From Tetramitus jugosus (Eukaryota; Protista; Heterolobosea), in NCBI GenBank assembly GCA_937625935.1, contig OW569391.1, positions 317,949 through 381,948 on the forward strand: a DNA stretch of 64,000 nucleotides. Reading direction: 5' to 3'. Positions 11,447 to 23,760 of the stretch are shown here, piece by piece. A program made the translations under genes and the position numbers. The notes under the pieces were generated by a model. The model was given only the letters and a program-made list of their open reading frames with translations, ran no database searches and had not been told where the DNA came from. Numbering within the stretch: the first letter of the stretch is position 1; every line of letters starts with the position of its first letter.

Positions 11447-13954
11447 TCAGCTCGCCCCTCTTTCTTTGAATAAACTGAAAGAGCCATTTGTTTGTACACC
11501 TAGATATATTCCATGCTTCTTGCACGAATAAACAACTTCCCTAGAGTTGACATTGCTCGTCAGAGCAATCTCTTGATGTTTGACACCTGTATCAACATCC
11601 CAAATATTCACTGTTGGGTAACCCTGTCTTGATTCATCAGCACTACACAGCAAGGTTCGTGGTTGACCCACCTTGTCTCCAGAATTACTTTGTTCGGCAT
11701 TGAACGAGCTTTGAAATAGTATGCTCTTGCTTATTGTCGTATTCCTAAAATTATAAATGTGTTGCTTGGGTGTAATATCGAATTGTAATCCTCTCAGGGA
11801 AAAAACAAAGTGATCACCATTGTAATTCCAAGAAGATTGATTCTTTCTGAAAGTTGCTAGACAATAGCGACTTGATCTATCATAGCATACACTGACACAG
11901 TTCGGTTCCAAGGATAGATCATAAGAATCAAATCCGTTAGTCGCTGAGAAAAAGTGAAGCCCTCCCATGCTTCCGGCTAGAACTCCAGATACTTGATTTC
12001 CCGAGGCAGAAGGAATGTATTGTAGCGAGGTCAGCGAAGTATTGCGATTTGGTTCGGCATACTGGTACTTGCTGATACATTCTTTGGGTTTTCGGGTATC
12101 AAAACAATAGAGTTCGTTGGATTGTTGACATCCGACAAAAAAGACGGTGGATGACGAGAATTCATTCTTCCAACAGCATGACCACACTGGATGGGGCAAG
12201 TTGTATGTGATACTTGTGTTGTTGGAGCGCAAATCTGTTACCTTTGCAGTCTTATCCACACTGACACTGAGCAACAAATCATCGCGTGATGGACAGTACT
12301 GGATGTCCCGTATTGCTTCCTTATGCAACAGAAATTCACTGTGGAATGAAATGTCAGATAATTTGATCTGTTTGATCTTGTAGCCCTCCTTGTCTTTAAA
12401 TGATGTCACAACGAGGGGATTGACCGGATTGAAATCAATAACTCTTCCCTCATTGAGCGGTATTGTTTTTATCAACTGAAACATATTTGAATCATTACCC
12501 GGCGTTTTGTTATTCATGTTTCTTGCATTGAGGATTGGTGATGTATCTTTCATTCGTGAAATAGGAGTAAATGTTCCACTGCTGACTCTTGGAGGCGGGC
12601 TACTACTATTGCTCTGATGATCATAATTGTTTATCGCTGTTGAACTACTCACAACACCTCTATTCTTCAATAGTACTGCTTCATGATTCAATTGAGGACT
12701 GTTCACAGAGCTTCCATTCGACAATCGAGAAGTTCCAGGACTCAACGACGATCGACCGGTAGTGGAAGTATGGTGGAACGGAGAAGACATGGTTGCAATG
12801 CTGTCTGATCGTGTTTGAAGTTCTTGTTTTAACCGAGCAATCTCTTCGTTCTTCTCTGACAACAACTCTCTCAATCGCTTAATCTTTGATTGAAACTGGA
12901 TGATTCGCCCATCATCCACAACACATATGTTGTCAATGTACAGTAATCGCACATCAGATAGGAAACAGGTTTTCTGACAGAGAGGACAAGTCTTGTTGCG
13001 ATTGAGCCACCGTTCAATGCACTTTTTACCAAACAAATGTCCGCACGGAAGACAACACACTTGATGCATACCAGACTTGTCCAATGCACTCGCACAGATG
13101 GAACAATCAGTAGCAGGGCTATTATTGGTATTGTACGGAGCTAAATATCGACTCATATCGACATGATCCTCCTTTGATTCTCTCCTTAAAGAAGGCTTTC
13201 TCTTTGGTTGTTCTTCTTGTTGACTAGGCTCTGTCTGACTACTACTCTTGGTATTCTTATCCAATCGTTCTTCCCATTGACTTGTTGTAGCTTCTTTTTG
13301 TTGACTACCTAATCTTGTGTTACTCTGCTGATGCTTGGTTGCACTACTAGCAGTAGCTACAACTGAAGCAGAAGCAGAAGAAAAAGACAATTCCGGTAGC
13401 TTCTCATCAACATTAGCTTTCTCATGATGTTCAGCCAACTGAGAAGATGACATCCCGGGAGGAGACAATCTGAGCGTTGTTGTTCTCTTGAGAGAAATAG
13501 TTCGCACCGTATTTCGCACCTGTGAACTGATACTCTGAGATGCTTGAGTATCATTCTGCGATAAACAAACAATATCATCATCTTCGTCATCTTCATCATT
13601 ATCATACATTAACTGACTACTATGAGTAGGAGTAATCTCATTCTTCTTTTCTGCTCTTTCTTCTTCATCATGATCACTGTCATCAGACAAAATTTCAACA
13701 ATGTCATTATTATCATTGTCATCATCACAGGTTGCATTTTGTGTCGGTTGTTGAGTGTGTAACATCAACATGGATTGTGATGATGACATGGTTGTTAAAC
13801 GTAGCTTCTTCTTGTTTTTGTTGTGGTTGTGGTGCTGTTCATCATCTTCCTCTGAAGAGGAATCATCATTGTATTGCTGTTCATCGTCGTTGGCTCGTTT
13901 GCGATGATTCATTGCTGTTGTTGCTTGATAATCTCGTTTGCTTTGGAAACGCAT
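11447..13954 (-). CDS. RFWD3: RING-finger/WD40 E3 ubiquitin ligase, RFWD3-like
   Basis: SQ-rich N-terminus; RING CSIC...HQVCCLPCGHLFGKKCIERWL...CPLC; coiled coil; WD40 region. Confidence 0.85.
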   Translation of the reverse strand: MRFQSKRDYQATTAMNHRKRANDDEQQYNDDSSSEEDDEQHHNHNKNKKKLRLTTMSSSQSMLMLHTQQPTQNATCDDDNDNNDIVEILSDDSDHDEEERAEKKNEITPTHSSQLMYDNDEDDEDDDIVCLSQNDTQASQSISSQVRNTVRTISLKRTTTLRLSPPGMSSSQLAEHHEKANVDEKLPELSFSSASASVVATASSATKHQQSNTRLGSQQKEATTSQWEERLDKNTKSSSQTEPSQQEEQPKRKPSLRRESKEDHVDMSRYLAPYNTNNSPATDCSICASALDKSGMHQVCCLPCGHLFGKKCIERWLNRNKTCPLCQKTCFLSDVRLLYIDNICVVDDGRIIQFQSKIKRLRELLSEKNEEIARLKQELQTRSDSIATMSSPFHHTSTTGRSSLSPGTSRLSNGSSVNSPQLNHEAVLLKNRGVVSSSTAINNYDHQSNSSSPPPRVSSGTFTPISRMKDTSPILNARNMNNKTPGNDSNMFQLIKTIPLNEGRVIDFNPVNPLVVTSFKDKEGYKIKQIKLSDISFHSEFLLHKEAIRDIQYCPSRDDLLLSVSVDKTAKVTDLRSNNTSITYNLPHPVWSCCWKNEFSSSTVFFVGCQQSNELYCFDTRKPKECISKYQYAEPNRNTSLTSLQYIPSASGNQVSGVLAGSMGGLHFFSATNGFDSYDLSLEPNCVSVCYDRSSRYCLATFRKNQSSWNYNGDHFVFSLRGLQFDITPKQHIYNFRNTTISKSILFQSSFNAEQSNSGDKVGQPRTLLCSADESRQGYPTVNIWDVDTGVKHQEIALTSNVNSREVVYSCKKHGIYLGVQTNGSFSLFKERGAS

Positions 13955-14056
13955 TCATGTCATTTTTATTGGAGTTTGATTTTCTTCCACCAAAGTCTCG
14001 AAGTTCCTTTCGAGTTAACTGGATGTGACGGACACTCAGAACAAATGGGTCAACTT

Positions 14057-16979
14057 CTACTTGTCGAATAGCTTCAATATGCTATCGAATAAAGGTTGAT
14101 TCAAACGGCTCCGAAGTTCCTCTACAACCAAGTCATTCGGTTGCTCCTTCTTGAGCATGTCCACTTCTTCTCTTGCCTCTGACAGCCGATTCTGCTCAAT
14201 CATATGTTTCAAGTTATCGTGTGCATAATGTAACCTCAGGTCAATATCTCTTGCCTTACGCCAATCATTAAGTGGTTGGTAGATATCAAGTGGTTGGTGC
14301 TTACCCTTGACACGTACTCGTGCGATCCATCTACAAATGTACCGTTCTTTCACCTTCTCATAAGTTCCTGGCCCAATGATAATGCCAGTGCCATATCTCT
14401 GATTCAACAAGCCCAATCGACTAATGAAATGAACGCGAGCAATTAGTACATAACAACAAGATTCGAAGATGGGAAAATAAAGTTTGAACATACCTGGCAA
14501 CATTGACTCCATCTCCAAGTGCAGTGTAACTAACACGATCTCGACTACCAATATTTCCTACAAAGCACTTGGCTGTATTGATACCAGCCGTGATATACAA
14601 TTTGGGATATCCTTTGCCGGCCCATATCTGATTCAACTTGACCATTTTACGCACAATATCTCGTGCAGCAGCGACAGCACAAAGAGCGTGATCTTTCACA
14701 GGAACAGGAGCATTAAACAAAGCCATAATACAACCTTCCATCTAATAATACAAACAACGAAAACATTAGTGAGTATTTGAGAAGTGATCCAAAAAATAAG
14801 ATTGAAGCATACATACATATTTGTCAACAACACCCTTTCTCTTGGATAGGATGGCTGATATCTCGGTAAAATATAGCTGAAGGATATCAATAAGCACAAC
14901 TGGTGATACTCGATCAAAGAATCCATCAATGTCCGAATGAAGATGAATGAAAACTGTTGTGAGTTCCACTTGCGAAACACCCAGCTGAGCAGTCTTTTTC
15001 TGTTTCACCAACTCTCGTACGACATCCGAAGGCACAAACAGCTCAAAGGAGTTGAGCGACTTTTGAGTCTGTTCTACACTTTTTACAATTCGGTCCAACT
15101 CATACAATCGAGAAGACTTCACTGCCTTCTCCTTTGAAAAGTCCATATTGGCAATCAATTTCATCCTCCTTGAGACATGAGATAAGGTCCGCGATATCGT
15201 ACAACCAATCAATATTGAAAACACCAGTGCTGCAAGTAACAACACAGCACTAATACTCAGAGAAATTTGATTAGAATGAGTGACTGATCTGTACACAACT
15301 GCAGATTCAATTATCGAGACAACGATCCAATCTAATCCATAACTGTCTCTCAATGCTTTCAAATCAGCAATAAATTCTCGTCCTCTTGAATCCGTAAACT
15401 TAAATTCGACCACATTCAAGTGATTCAACCGAAATGGCACGCCAAACTTCTGTGCTATGTGTTGAGCAGCTCCTTTCACTTCTGGACTGGAGTGATTAAG
15501 TGCCGATTGGCGCAACGTAGCAGATGGAGTCACTTGTACAGTCTCTCCAACACTAGTCCCAATAATGTTCAATGACGGTTCAACAATAAAAATAATCGAA
15601 TTACTGTTCCGTGTCAATAGAGCAAGGAACAATGATATGCTCTTCAGATTGAAATCCACTGTTAAGACACCACGTATGTTGCCATTAGCGTCCATGAATG
15701 TGGTGCTCATGGGAAATCGAATCGTTGGTGTAGAATTCGAAGCATAAGCCGGAGTCCACATGATTCGACCTGGATTGTTTCGAACAATCGAGTACCAAGA
15801 CCTAGTAGTTGGAAGAAATGTTTGTCTATACTGCACATCACCGAAAGATGGCTCAAATGTCGTCCTAGGCACAGGATATATCCTCAAGGTGCTGCTGTTT
15901 ACGGATGTGTCCGCAAGAACCAACGTAAAGGCATTTTCATCTCTGATGAAACTATCTCTCAGCACAGAAGTGTACGAATTCGTTTCCGTTCCATAATAGA
16001 TACCATCAATGTACGACGTGTTTAAATAGCTGGAAAAGAAGGAAATTTGCAAGTCCCTTGACCCAGGATAAGTGCTATTGCCTATTGGAAAGCCGATCAC
16101 ATTTTCCCACGTCTTGAACCGATACAACAAACTCTGTAACTTCATTGGACCGTCATTCAAAAAAGCAGTCATATGATTTGCTATGCGAAACACAACATTG
16201 ATTCTGTCTTGACGCGACACTGTGTTCACACCGTGCTTATTGACAAGAAAATTGACAATCCACACGGAACCTGCACTCAGTATCAACAACGTCAAACAAA
16301 TGACAATTAATAGAAAGCTTAGAGACCATAGATACTGAGGAATCTTACACCACTTGATCCTTCTCCGCCGCCGTGGTCCATTGAACCCTAAGAAGTGCCC
16401 CTTTTTTTGTTGAGTAAGTTCTTGAGTATCCCTGTTCATTGTATTCGTGTCATCACTAATCACATCACTATCGTCATCATAATTGTCATTGTTGTCGTTA
16501 GCTTCCTGTAATATTGGCCAATTATGAAATCTTGGATAGGCTAAAGTTGTTGCCGCAACTTCCGTAGCGGAAGAAGCGGGGTAATTTGGAAGCTGTTGCT
16601 GATCGTTGGAGTCATCGTCGTTGTGATTAGTATTATGACTGTTCATCATAATCATGCTCAGTGCGGCTGCTGTTGGAGGAGTTGATGATGGTGGAGCTCC
16701 TTCTGACGTTAGTAAGGGACTCACATGTGACGATGATGACGGTGCTGTCACATTCGAGTCCAATGATGATTTTTGAGGCGTCGCCGTTGCCGCCGGGTCC
16801 AATATCGTCATGAGTTCAATGTTGTTCAAATTGCGATAGAATTGCTGTTCGTCGTCGTGGTTGTTGTTGGCTTCGGCTTGCAGGTCTCGGAATTCTTCAC
16901 TACTGTCGCTAGTAGCATTGTTGGCCTTTATCAATCGGTAGTTACTATCGGTATTGCTGTTCTTTCTCTCAAAATTCAT
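14057..16979 (-). CDS. Membrane class III adenylate/guanylate cyclase with extracellular Cache-type domain; exons 16979-14817, 14741-14494, 14420-14057
   Basis: Two TM helices flank the sensor domain; SDIDGF, VDKY, GINT, VGNIGS, YTALGDGVNVASRL, VKGK. GT-AG introns 14742-14816 and 14421-14493 restore the frame. Confidence 0.85.
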
Positions 16980-17266
16980 TATCCTACTCTATCTACTTAA
17001 AAACTCACGCAACAATCGATTGTTGATTTGCTTTTAGTTAGTTATAAGATTTGGAAGAACGAACGAAAGCTTCGGACGGGGAAGAGTCTGTGATGTAACG
17101 TGGTTGCGTGGGTGCTCTTGTTTGCTCCAATATTCCAAACAAAAAATAGTTGCCGGAGAGTCAACAATGGTTACGCAAAGCTTTCTTACCCTCTTTTGGG
17201 TCAAATGCGCACCTTTCGTTTTAGATTCGATAGGCGAAGGGAATCCGTCAAAAATGTGAAAAGGTG

Positions 17267-17339
17267 TGGTCGTTGCAGGGATCGAACCTGCGACCAATGG
17301 CTTATTAGACCAACGCTCTACCGACTGAGCTAAACGACC
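17267..17339 (-). tRNA. tRNA-Ile (AAT)
   Basis: Cloverleaf GGTCGTT...AACGACC-A, anticodon loop CT-AAT-AA, T-loop GGTTCGATCC, downstream oligo-T. Confidence 0.95.
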
Positions 17340-17381
17340 TCTATATATAGAATTCTCTACAATGTGAATTTATATACAATT

Positions 17382-17970
17382 TTCTTAGAAAAATCGACCG
17401 AAAGCTGGAATGGTTCCAAGCACAGGTCCGAAGTGGCACATTGCACACAGAAGAAGTGGTACATTACCTTTACAACACATCTGGGAAGCCCAAAAAGTGT
17501 GTGTGGTGTCAGATTGAAGCTGAAAGTGTCCTTCACTGTCTGATTCGATGTCCCTCTGCAATGACAGTAGGAGACGAGTTAGTGGAGTTAGGAGTGGCAC
17601 GACAGAGTTACATAGACATATGGTTTGACAACTTGCGACTGATGGAAGGCAAGTTGTCGCGAAGACCAATAAGGAAAACTAGCAAAGAATACCTTCAAGG
17701 AATGATGCCAGAAGGATTGGTGCTCAACGGGATGAAGAAGTCAATAGCCGCAAAAAAAGCAAAAACATTCGTGAACAGTGTGAAGCGGAGGTGTATCACG
17801 ACCCTCCATCAACTGTTCACGTCAACCAAGGAGAAACAGAAGCAATGAGGCTCTACAATAATGTACAGATAACCAGGGCCAACGCTCTTCGAGCGCTGGC
17901 TAATGCAAACGAAAGACAATAAAAAGAGCAACTGCAATGGTTGTATTAAAAAAAAAAATTCTTAGAAAAA
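17382..17970 (+). mobile_element. 5'-truncated non-LTR retrotransposon (L1/Tx1-like 3' end) with a 12-bp TSD
   Basis: ORF remnant to stop at 17848 with zf-RVT-like CVWC...ESVLHCLIRCP; 3'UTR stem-loop; A-tail about 17948-17958; direct repeat TTCTTAGAAAAA at 17382-17393 and 17959-17970. Confidence 0.85.
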
Positions 17971-18054
17971 GAGCAAAGAATTTCACACACCAAAAAAATT
18001 CCGTCCCGTCATTAAACAAAAGCAAACAAAATCTCCTCCTGAAATCACACAAAA

Positions 18055-19017
18055 ATGAATATCCTGAGCTTAGTTGGTGTTGCCACCGTTTTGTTCCTCG
18101 TGTACAGAATTGGTCTCTTTGTCTTCCAATCCTTTATTTACAAGTCGTCCTCTGTCAAGAAATTCCTCAACAAGCAAAGCTGGGCTGTTGTGACTGGTGC
18201 CACAGCAGGTATCGGTGAAGGATTCACCTACGAGTTGATCAAGAGAGGTGTCAACGTTCTTGCCATCTCCAGAAGTCAATCAAAGCTTGATGACCTCTCC
18301 AAGTCTGTCACCACAAAGTACGCCAGCACTGGTGCTACTGTAGAGACACTTGTCGTTGATTTTGCCAATGAGAATCCAGTAGACTATGCCAAGAAGATTA
18401 GAGATGCTGTTGCTAACAAGAAGGTGACTGTTTTGGTCAATAATGTCGGTGTCAACAACAAGGACAACAAGCCATTTTATTTCTTGGATCAAGAAGAGTC
18501 TGATTTTGATAGTCTTGTCTCTGTCAACATTAATGCTCCACTCTATGTCACAAAGGCTGTGATGCCAAGAATGGTGGAGAACAAGGGAGGTGTCGTGTTG
18601 AACTTGAGCTCCTACACTGCCAAGTTTCCTGTTGGTATGAATGCAGTCTACAGTGCAACCAAGAGCTTTGTTGATTCATGGTCTCAAGCTTTGACTGCAG
18701 AGTATGCATCCAAGGGCATTCGTGTTCTCAGTTTGTTGCCAATGTATGTTCGTAGTAACATGACTCAAATCCGTAAGACTTCCCTCACTGTTTGCGATGG
18801 TCAAAAGTTGGCCAGTGATGCATTGAACTCTGTTGATGCACCATTGTTGTCCTCCTCTTTCAGTCCATACTTTGCTCACAGAGCCATGATTGCTGTGTTG
18901 GGTCTCTTGCCAGAGAAGGTTCTCTCCTCTGTTGCTTTGAAGACCATGATTGGTGTTCGTAAAAAGATGGACGCTAGAGCCCAGAGACAATCTGCCTCCG
19001 AAGTCAAGAAGGAATAA
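18055..19017 (+). CDS. Very-long-chain 3-oxoacyl-CoA reductase (KAR/HSD17B12-like SDR)
   Basis: N-terminal TM; WAVVTGATAGIG, LVNNVG, YSATK. Confidence 0.9.
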   Translation: MNILSLVGVATVLFLVYRIGLFVFQSFIYKSSSVKKFLNKQSWAVVTGATAGIGEGFTYELIKRGVNVLAISRSQSKLDDLSKSVTTKYASTGATVETLVVDFANENPVDYAKKIRDAVANKKVTVLVNNVGVNNKDNKPFYFLDQEESDFDSLVSVNINAPLYVTKAVMPRMVENKGGVVLNLSSYTAKFPVGMNAVYSATKSFVDSWSQALTAEYASKGIRVLSLLPMYVRSNMTQIRKTSLTVCDGQKLASDALNSVDAPLLSSSFSPYFAHRAMIAVLGLLPEKVLSSVALKTMIGVRKKMDARAQRQSASEVKKE

Positions 19018-19150
19018 ATTAACAATAAAATATGAGAATGGAAACATCTTGATTCAAATTTTGAAAGAGTTGTATTGCAAGGTGGGGTGAGTGGGACTGA
19101 ACAACTTCATGTTCAGATTGAATTGGTCTTTTGCTCTCATGTTGGAAAAG

Positions 19151-20755
19151 TTATGGTTCATCTTCAAACACTGTAAATGTACATGATTCCTCCTCAGGTT
19201 TCTTCACATGAGATAGAGCAAACGAAGCTGGTTGATCCGTTGATCCCAAGTCCTGTTGTATAACACGATAGTTGGTCCATTGAGTTGGCAAGTCATGATT
19301 CTCCTTTTGACTCTCCTTTTCAGAAGGCAAATAATTCCATGAGGGAAACGAACTGGTAGCAGCAGTTGAACTGCTGGATGGTGAAGCAGTTGGTTGCTGT
19401 GGCAAGTCAAATGGCAATATTCGTGAAAATTGATTCAAGCTGGAATTGGTGGAGGCTGCGGGAATATTCATGCATGATGGTAGCAACTTACGCTTCTTGG
19501 ATGCAGGTGTCGAACTGCCATTGCTCTCATCAAACACTTGAAAGTTGCTTCCAGCATTGTTCGTGAGAGTCTTTTTACGAATGCCTCCCAGTGTGTTCAC
19601 AGAAGATGCAGGTCTTCTGTTCACAATACCACTGGATATAGCAGTACGTGGCCTGGTGAATCCAGTTATTGAGGATGGGGTCGATCTCGAAGCAGAACCA
19701 ACAAGTGTTGTGTTACCATTGGTACGAACATTCATTCGAATGGGAGAGAGATGAGTGGGCGTCTGCATGGCAGTTGGTCGCATGCCACTGTTTGCCTCTC
19801 GTTGAGAGATTGGATTGAATGCAACACGACTAAATTGATTCTCAGAGAATCCACCACCAAAACTAGCAGCACTCATACCACCACCAAACACATTGGATCC
19901 AGTATTTCTCGTGGACTGGGCAGGGCTACTATTGTCTCCATGAATAGACATATCACTCATTGACTCCTTCATGATATTTTCCATGAATCGATGCTTGAAT
20001 GACTCATGGCTCAACTCCATCTTCTTAAATGGCTCTGCCTTTCGATGATAACCTTGCTCCAACACGGAATCTGCGGCTCTAAAATCTCTGTGATCCTCCA
20101 GAGCGGTTGCCCATGAAATATAAAATTCAGCCACGTCCAATCCAATCTGATTCGTGTGCATAAAAGTGAAGACGTCCAATGGATCTTTGCAAGTATCGGC
20201 ATATCTCAACCACAACAAAACATATCTTCTGTGATTCTTGTATCGAGCATCAGAAACAAACAATCGCGTACAACGATGCAAAGTCTCTCCAAATTGACTC
20301 GATGAATCAAGTGTTGGATAATTGTCTTCAATCCAAGTGAGATAATCAATCCATGTGGTCAATGGATCTTGTTCTGACCCCAACTCGTACACATTGTTTG
20401 GTGTTGACATGTGTGAGGTGACAGCAGCAATTTTTAGTTCCCATTCCGCTCTTTCAATTGAATTCTTCACTTTTGTGTTATGATTGGAAAAGCAAATGAT
20501 GGTTGGGTCACTCAACACATTCAAATTTGTTGTTTTGTTGTTGTTGCTGCAGCAAGTAGTGTCATCATTTGAGATCGTTTCTGTAGTCGTTGTCTGATTG
20601 GTTTGCAATGGTTGCAAGGGAGCAAATGCACGCTTTAATTCAGCTGGATTTCTGCCTCGTTTCAAAGGTTTAATATTTTCTTTGCTGCCTTCCCAGTGCG
20701 CAAATTCATACACGATTGTGGGTGGTGTTTCCTCTGCTAGAACAGTGTCTTCCAT
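19151..20755 (-). CDS. MAD3: Spindle checkpoint protein Mad3/BubR1 (no kinase domain)
   Basis: WEGSKENIKPLKRGR (KEN1), TPR domain (DPL...W..Y..W; RYKNHRRY...W), ABBA-KEN-ABBA cassette FQVFDE / QKEN / FTVFED. Confidence 0.88.
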   Translation of the reverse strand: MEDTVLAEETPPTIVYEFAHWEGSKENIKPLKRGRNPAELKRAFAPLQPLQTNQTTTTETISNDDTTCCSNNNKTTNLNVLSDPTIICFSNHNTKVKNSIERAEWELKIAAVTSHMSTPNNVYELGSEQDPLTTWIDYLTWIEDNYPTLDSSSQFGETLHRCTRLFVSDARYKNHRRYVLLWLRYADTCKDPLDVFTFMHTNQIGLDVAEFYISWATALEDHRDFRAADSVLEQGYHRKAEPFKKMELSHESFKHRFMENIMKESMSDMSIHGDNSSPAQSTRNTGSNVFGGGMSAASFGGGFSENQFSRVAFNPISQREANSGMRPTAMQTPTHLSPIRMNVRTNGNTTLVGSASRSTPSSITGFTRPRTAISSGIVNRRPASSVNTLGGIRKKTLTNNAGSNFQVFDESNGSSTPASKKRKLLPSCMNIPAASTNSSLNQFSRILPFDLPQQPTASPSSSSTAATSSFPSWNYLPSEKESQKENHDLPTQWTNYRVIQQDLGSTDQPASFALSHVKKPEEESCTFTVFEDEP

Positions 20756-21005
20756 ATTGTCGTTCTGGGTGTTTTACGTATGTTGTTTCGGTTGTCATTT
20801 CCAAGGTTCAGAAAAAGGACACTTTTTTGTTGCCATGAAATTTTCTGTAACGGTCATAATTTCTCCACGGGATTATGCATTTCTCCGCTGTATGTAACAA
20901 CGTTGTATTCAAGCATGTCACTTGCCACATTGTTCCTTCGGATTGTGTCAAGCCATTTATTGTGATCCATTGTCTGACCATACACATTATCAATTGAAAC
21001 ACTGA

Positions 21006-21356
21006 CTAAACAAGGATATTCATCTTCTTCCTCATTGAGGATGTCAGCCCAAAATAATTTATCGAATGGAACTGACAGTAGACCATCACTCCTATGATGA
21101 AAGTCTTGCTTCGCCCACTATCATACCACCTGATTTTGCGAATACCCTTCAAATGAAATAATGCCTCTGTTTTATCCAAGCTCGAAATAAGTGTTCTCTT
21201 CTTATTGAACATCAGTGATTGATTGAATTTGAATTGGTTGATTCCTTTGCAGGTGTAGCTCAATTTCAACCATTCTGGAGTGTCACAAAACTCAACAATT
21301 TTCGACCATGTATCCTTGCACAGTGTAGAACAAATGTCAATCAATACATCCATCAC
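21006..21356 (-). CDS. Short F-box-like ORF, possibly a pseudogene or an exon
   Basis: LCKDTWSKIVEFC...LKLSYTCKGI resembles an F-box; no clear downstream domain. Confidence 0.35.
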   Translation of the reverse strand: MMDVLIDICSTLCKDTWSKIVEFCDTPEWLKLSYTCKGINQFKFNQSLMFNKKRTLISSLDKTEALFHLKGIRKIRWYDSGRSKTFIIGVMVYCQFHSINYFGLTSSMRKKMNILV

Positions 21357-22003
21357 ATACTCATCACTTTCACTGCTTCTCTTTCACTTGATTTCTTTCT
21401 CGTTGATCTCATCTGTATCAGTACTTTCTAAACCACGCTTTTTCATTTTCCTTCTTTCTTTGTTTTTTACCCTACAAACTCCCTCACATCTCACCCCCTG
21501 AAAATTTTCAACTGCCATTCGATGGAGATCTTACAATAGAATTGAGATGACAATACCCTGGTTCGAAAAACCTCTCATCCATCTCTAAAGCATTCACTTC
21601 CATCATTTGACCATTCTGATTTTTAGTTAATAATAGAATTAAACTCGGGTTGAGTTAACATCGTAATATTTTTGGGTCCTTGAATGAGAAATAGGAAGAA
21701 CACCTTGGTGAGCACCAGCACATCAGAAACTCAAAAGTCATGACTGAAGGAGACACCCAATTGAAGCTTGAAAATTTTTCTGTGTGACGGACATAAGAAT
21801 TATATTTCACGTTCAATCTCCTCCATGATCCTTCGTAAAAACAATATTTCTCCGGGTAGTGTGTCATCCTTCCACAACTGATCCAATCAGTTTGCCCCAA
21901 TGTTCTGATGAGATGAACGATCACAACAAACGCGTTGTCCTCTTCCCCTTTGTGAAAAAATTCCACAAAAAAACAACACACAATTTTACCACCAGCACAT
22001 ATC

Positions 22004-23760
22004 ATGTTGAACCAATCCAGCAGACAAGTCTTGAAGAAGGTTACCTCAACCACTGCTTCTCGTCAATTCTCCACCAATGCTATCAGCCAAAAGGAAATTG
22101 TAAGTTTTTTTTTTCTTTTCAAACGCAATGGACGTTTTTTTTCCAAGTCTTTGCCCTGGTGGTTTTCGACCACTGCAAAGGCACATGTCAAAAAAAAATA
22201 CCAATGAAAGCTTTCAATCATGCTCACACACTCTCACACACACACTCCTCATATGTAAATCTTTAGAGAAAAGTCCCAATGATCATCAATGGTGAAGTCA
22301 GACAATCCACCACTACCAAGTGGATCGATGTGACCAACCCAGCCACCAACGAAGTCATTGCTCAAGTTCCAGAGTGTACTCAAGAAGAAATGAGAGAGGC
22401 TGTCGAGTCATCTCAAGAGGCATTCTCCAAGTGGAAGGACGTTTCTGTTTCCAAGCGTGTTCGTCTCTTGTTCAACCTCCAACAATTGATTGTGAGAGAC
22501 ATGCAAAAAATTGCAGAGAACATTACTGAGGAACAAGGTAAGACATTGAAGGATGCTGAAGGTGATGTTTTCCGTGGTCTCGAAGTGGTTGAGCACTCTT
22601 GCTCCACTACTACTATCCAAATGGGTGAGACTCAACAGAATGTTGCCAAGAATATGGACATTTACTCTTTTAGAGAACCTTTGGGTGTCACTGCTGGTAT
22701 CTGCCCATTCAACTTTCCTGCTATGATTCCATTGTGGATGTACCCAATGGCCATTGCTGCAGGTAACACCATGCTTATTAAGCCATCCGAGTTGGACCCA
22801 ACTGCTGGTGTCATGGTTTCTCAATTGGCTCTCGAAGCTGGTATTCCAGCTGGTGTTGTCAATGTGATTCACGGAGCTCACGACACTGTCAACTTTATGT
22901 GTGATGCACCAGAGATTAAGGCCATCTCCTTTGTTGGTGGAAACAATGCTGGTGAGTACATTTTCGCCAGAGGTACTGCCAACGGAAAGAGAGTTCAAGC
23001 CAATTTGGGTGCCAAGAATCACGCTGTCATTATGCCTGATGCCCCAAGAGAGGACACTCTTGCTGCCTTGTCTGGTGCTGGTTTCGGTGCTGCTGGTCAA
23101 AGATGTATGGCTTTGACCACTGCTGTCGTTATTGGTGACTCTAGCGCGTGGTTGAACGATTTGGTTGAACGTGCTTCCAAGCTCAAGGTCAACGTTGGTA
23201 CTCACCCAGAGGCTGATGTTGGTCCAGTCATCTCTCCTCAAGCCAGAACTAGAATCTTGAACTTGATTGACTCTGCTGAAAAGGAGGGTGCAAGAATTGT
23301 TCTCGACGGTAGAAAGCACGTTGTTCCAGGTTTCGAAAAGGGTAACTTTATTGGACCAACCATTGTTGCTGGTGTCAAGCCACACATGCAAATCTACAAG
23401 GAAGAAGTCTTTGGCCCTGTCTTGTTGGTCATGGAAGAAGAATCTTTGGAGAGCGCAATCCAATTGATCAACAACAACATTTACGGTAACGGTACTGCCA
23501 TCTTCACCAGAAGTGGTGCAGCTGCCAGAAAGTTCCAACAAGAGATTGATGTTGGTCAAGTCGGTATCAACGTACCAATTCCAGTTCCATTGCCATTCTT
23601 CTCCTTCACCGGATCCAGAGCCTCCATCAGAGGTGACTTGAACTTCTATGGTAAGATGGGTCACTACTTCTACACCAAGCTCAAGACTGTCACATCCAAC
23701 TGGAAGTATGACGAACAAGGTGCACAAACCTTTGGTACTCATTTCCCAACCATGAAGTAA
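22004..23760 (+). CDS. ALDH6A1: Methylmalonate-semialdehyde dehydrogenase, mitochondrial; exons 22004-22099 and 22267-23760
   Basis: Transit-peptide-like exon 1, phase-0 intron 22100-22266; [31 protein letters not shown]. Confidence 0.95.
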
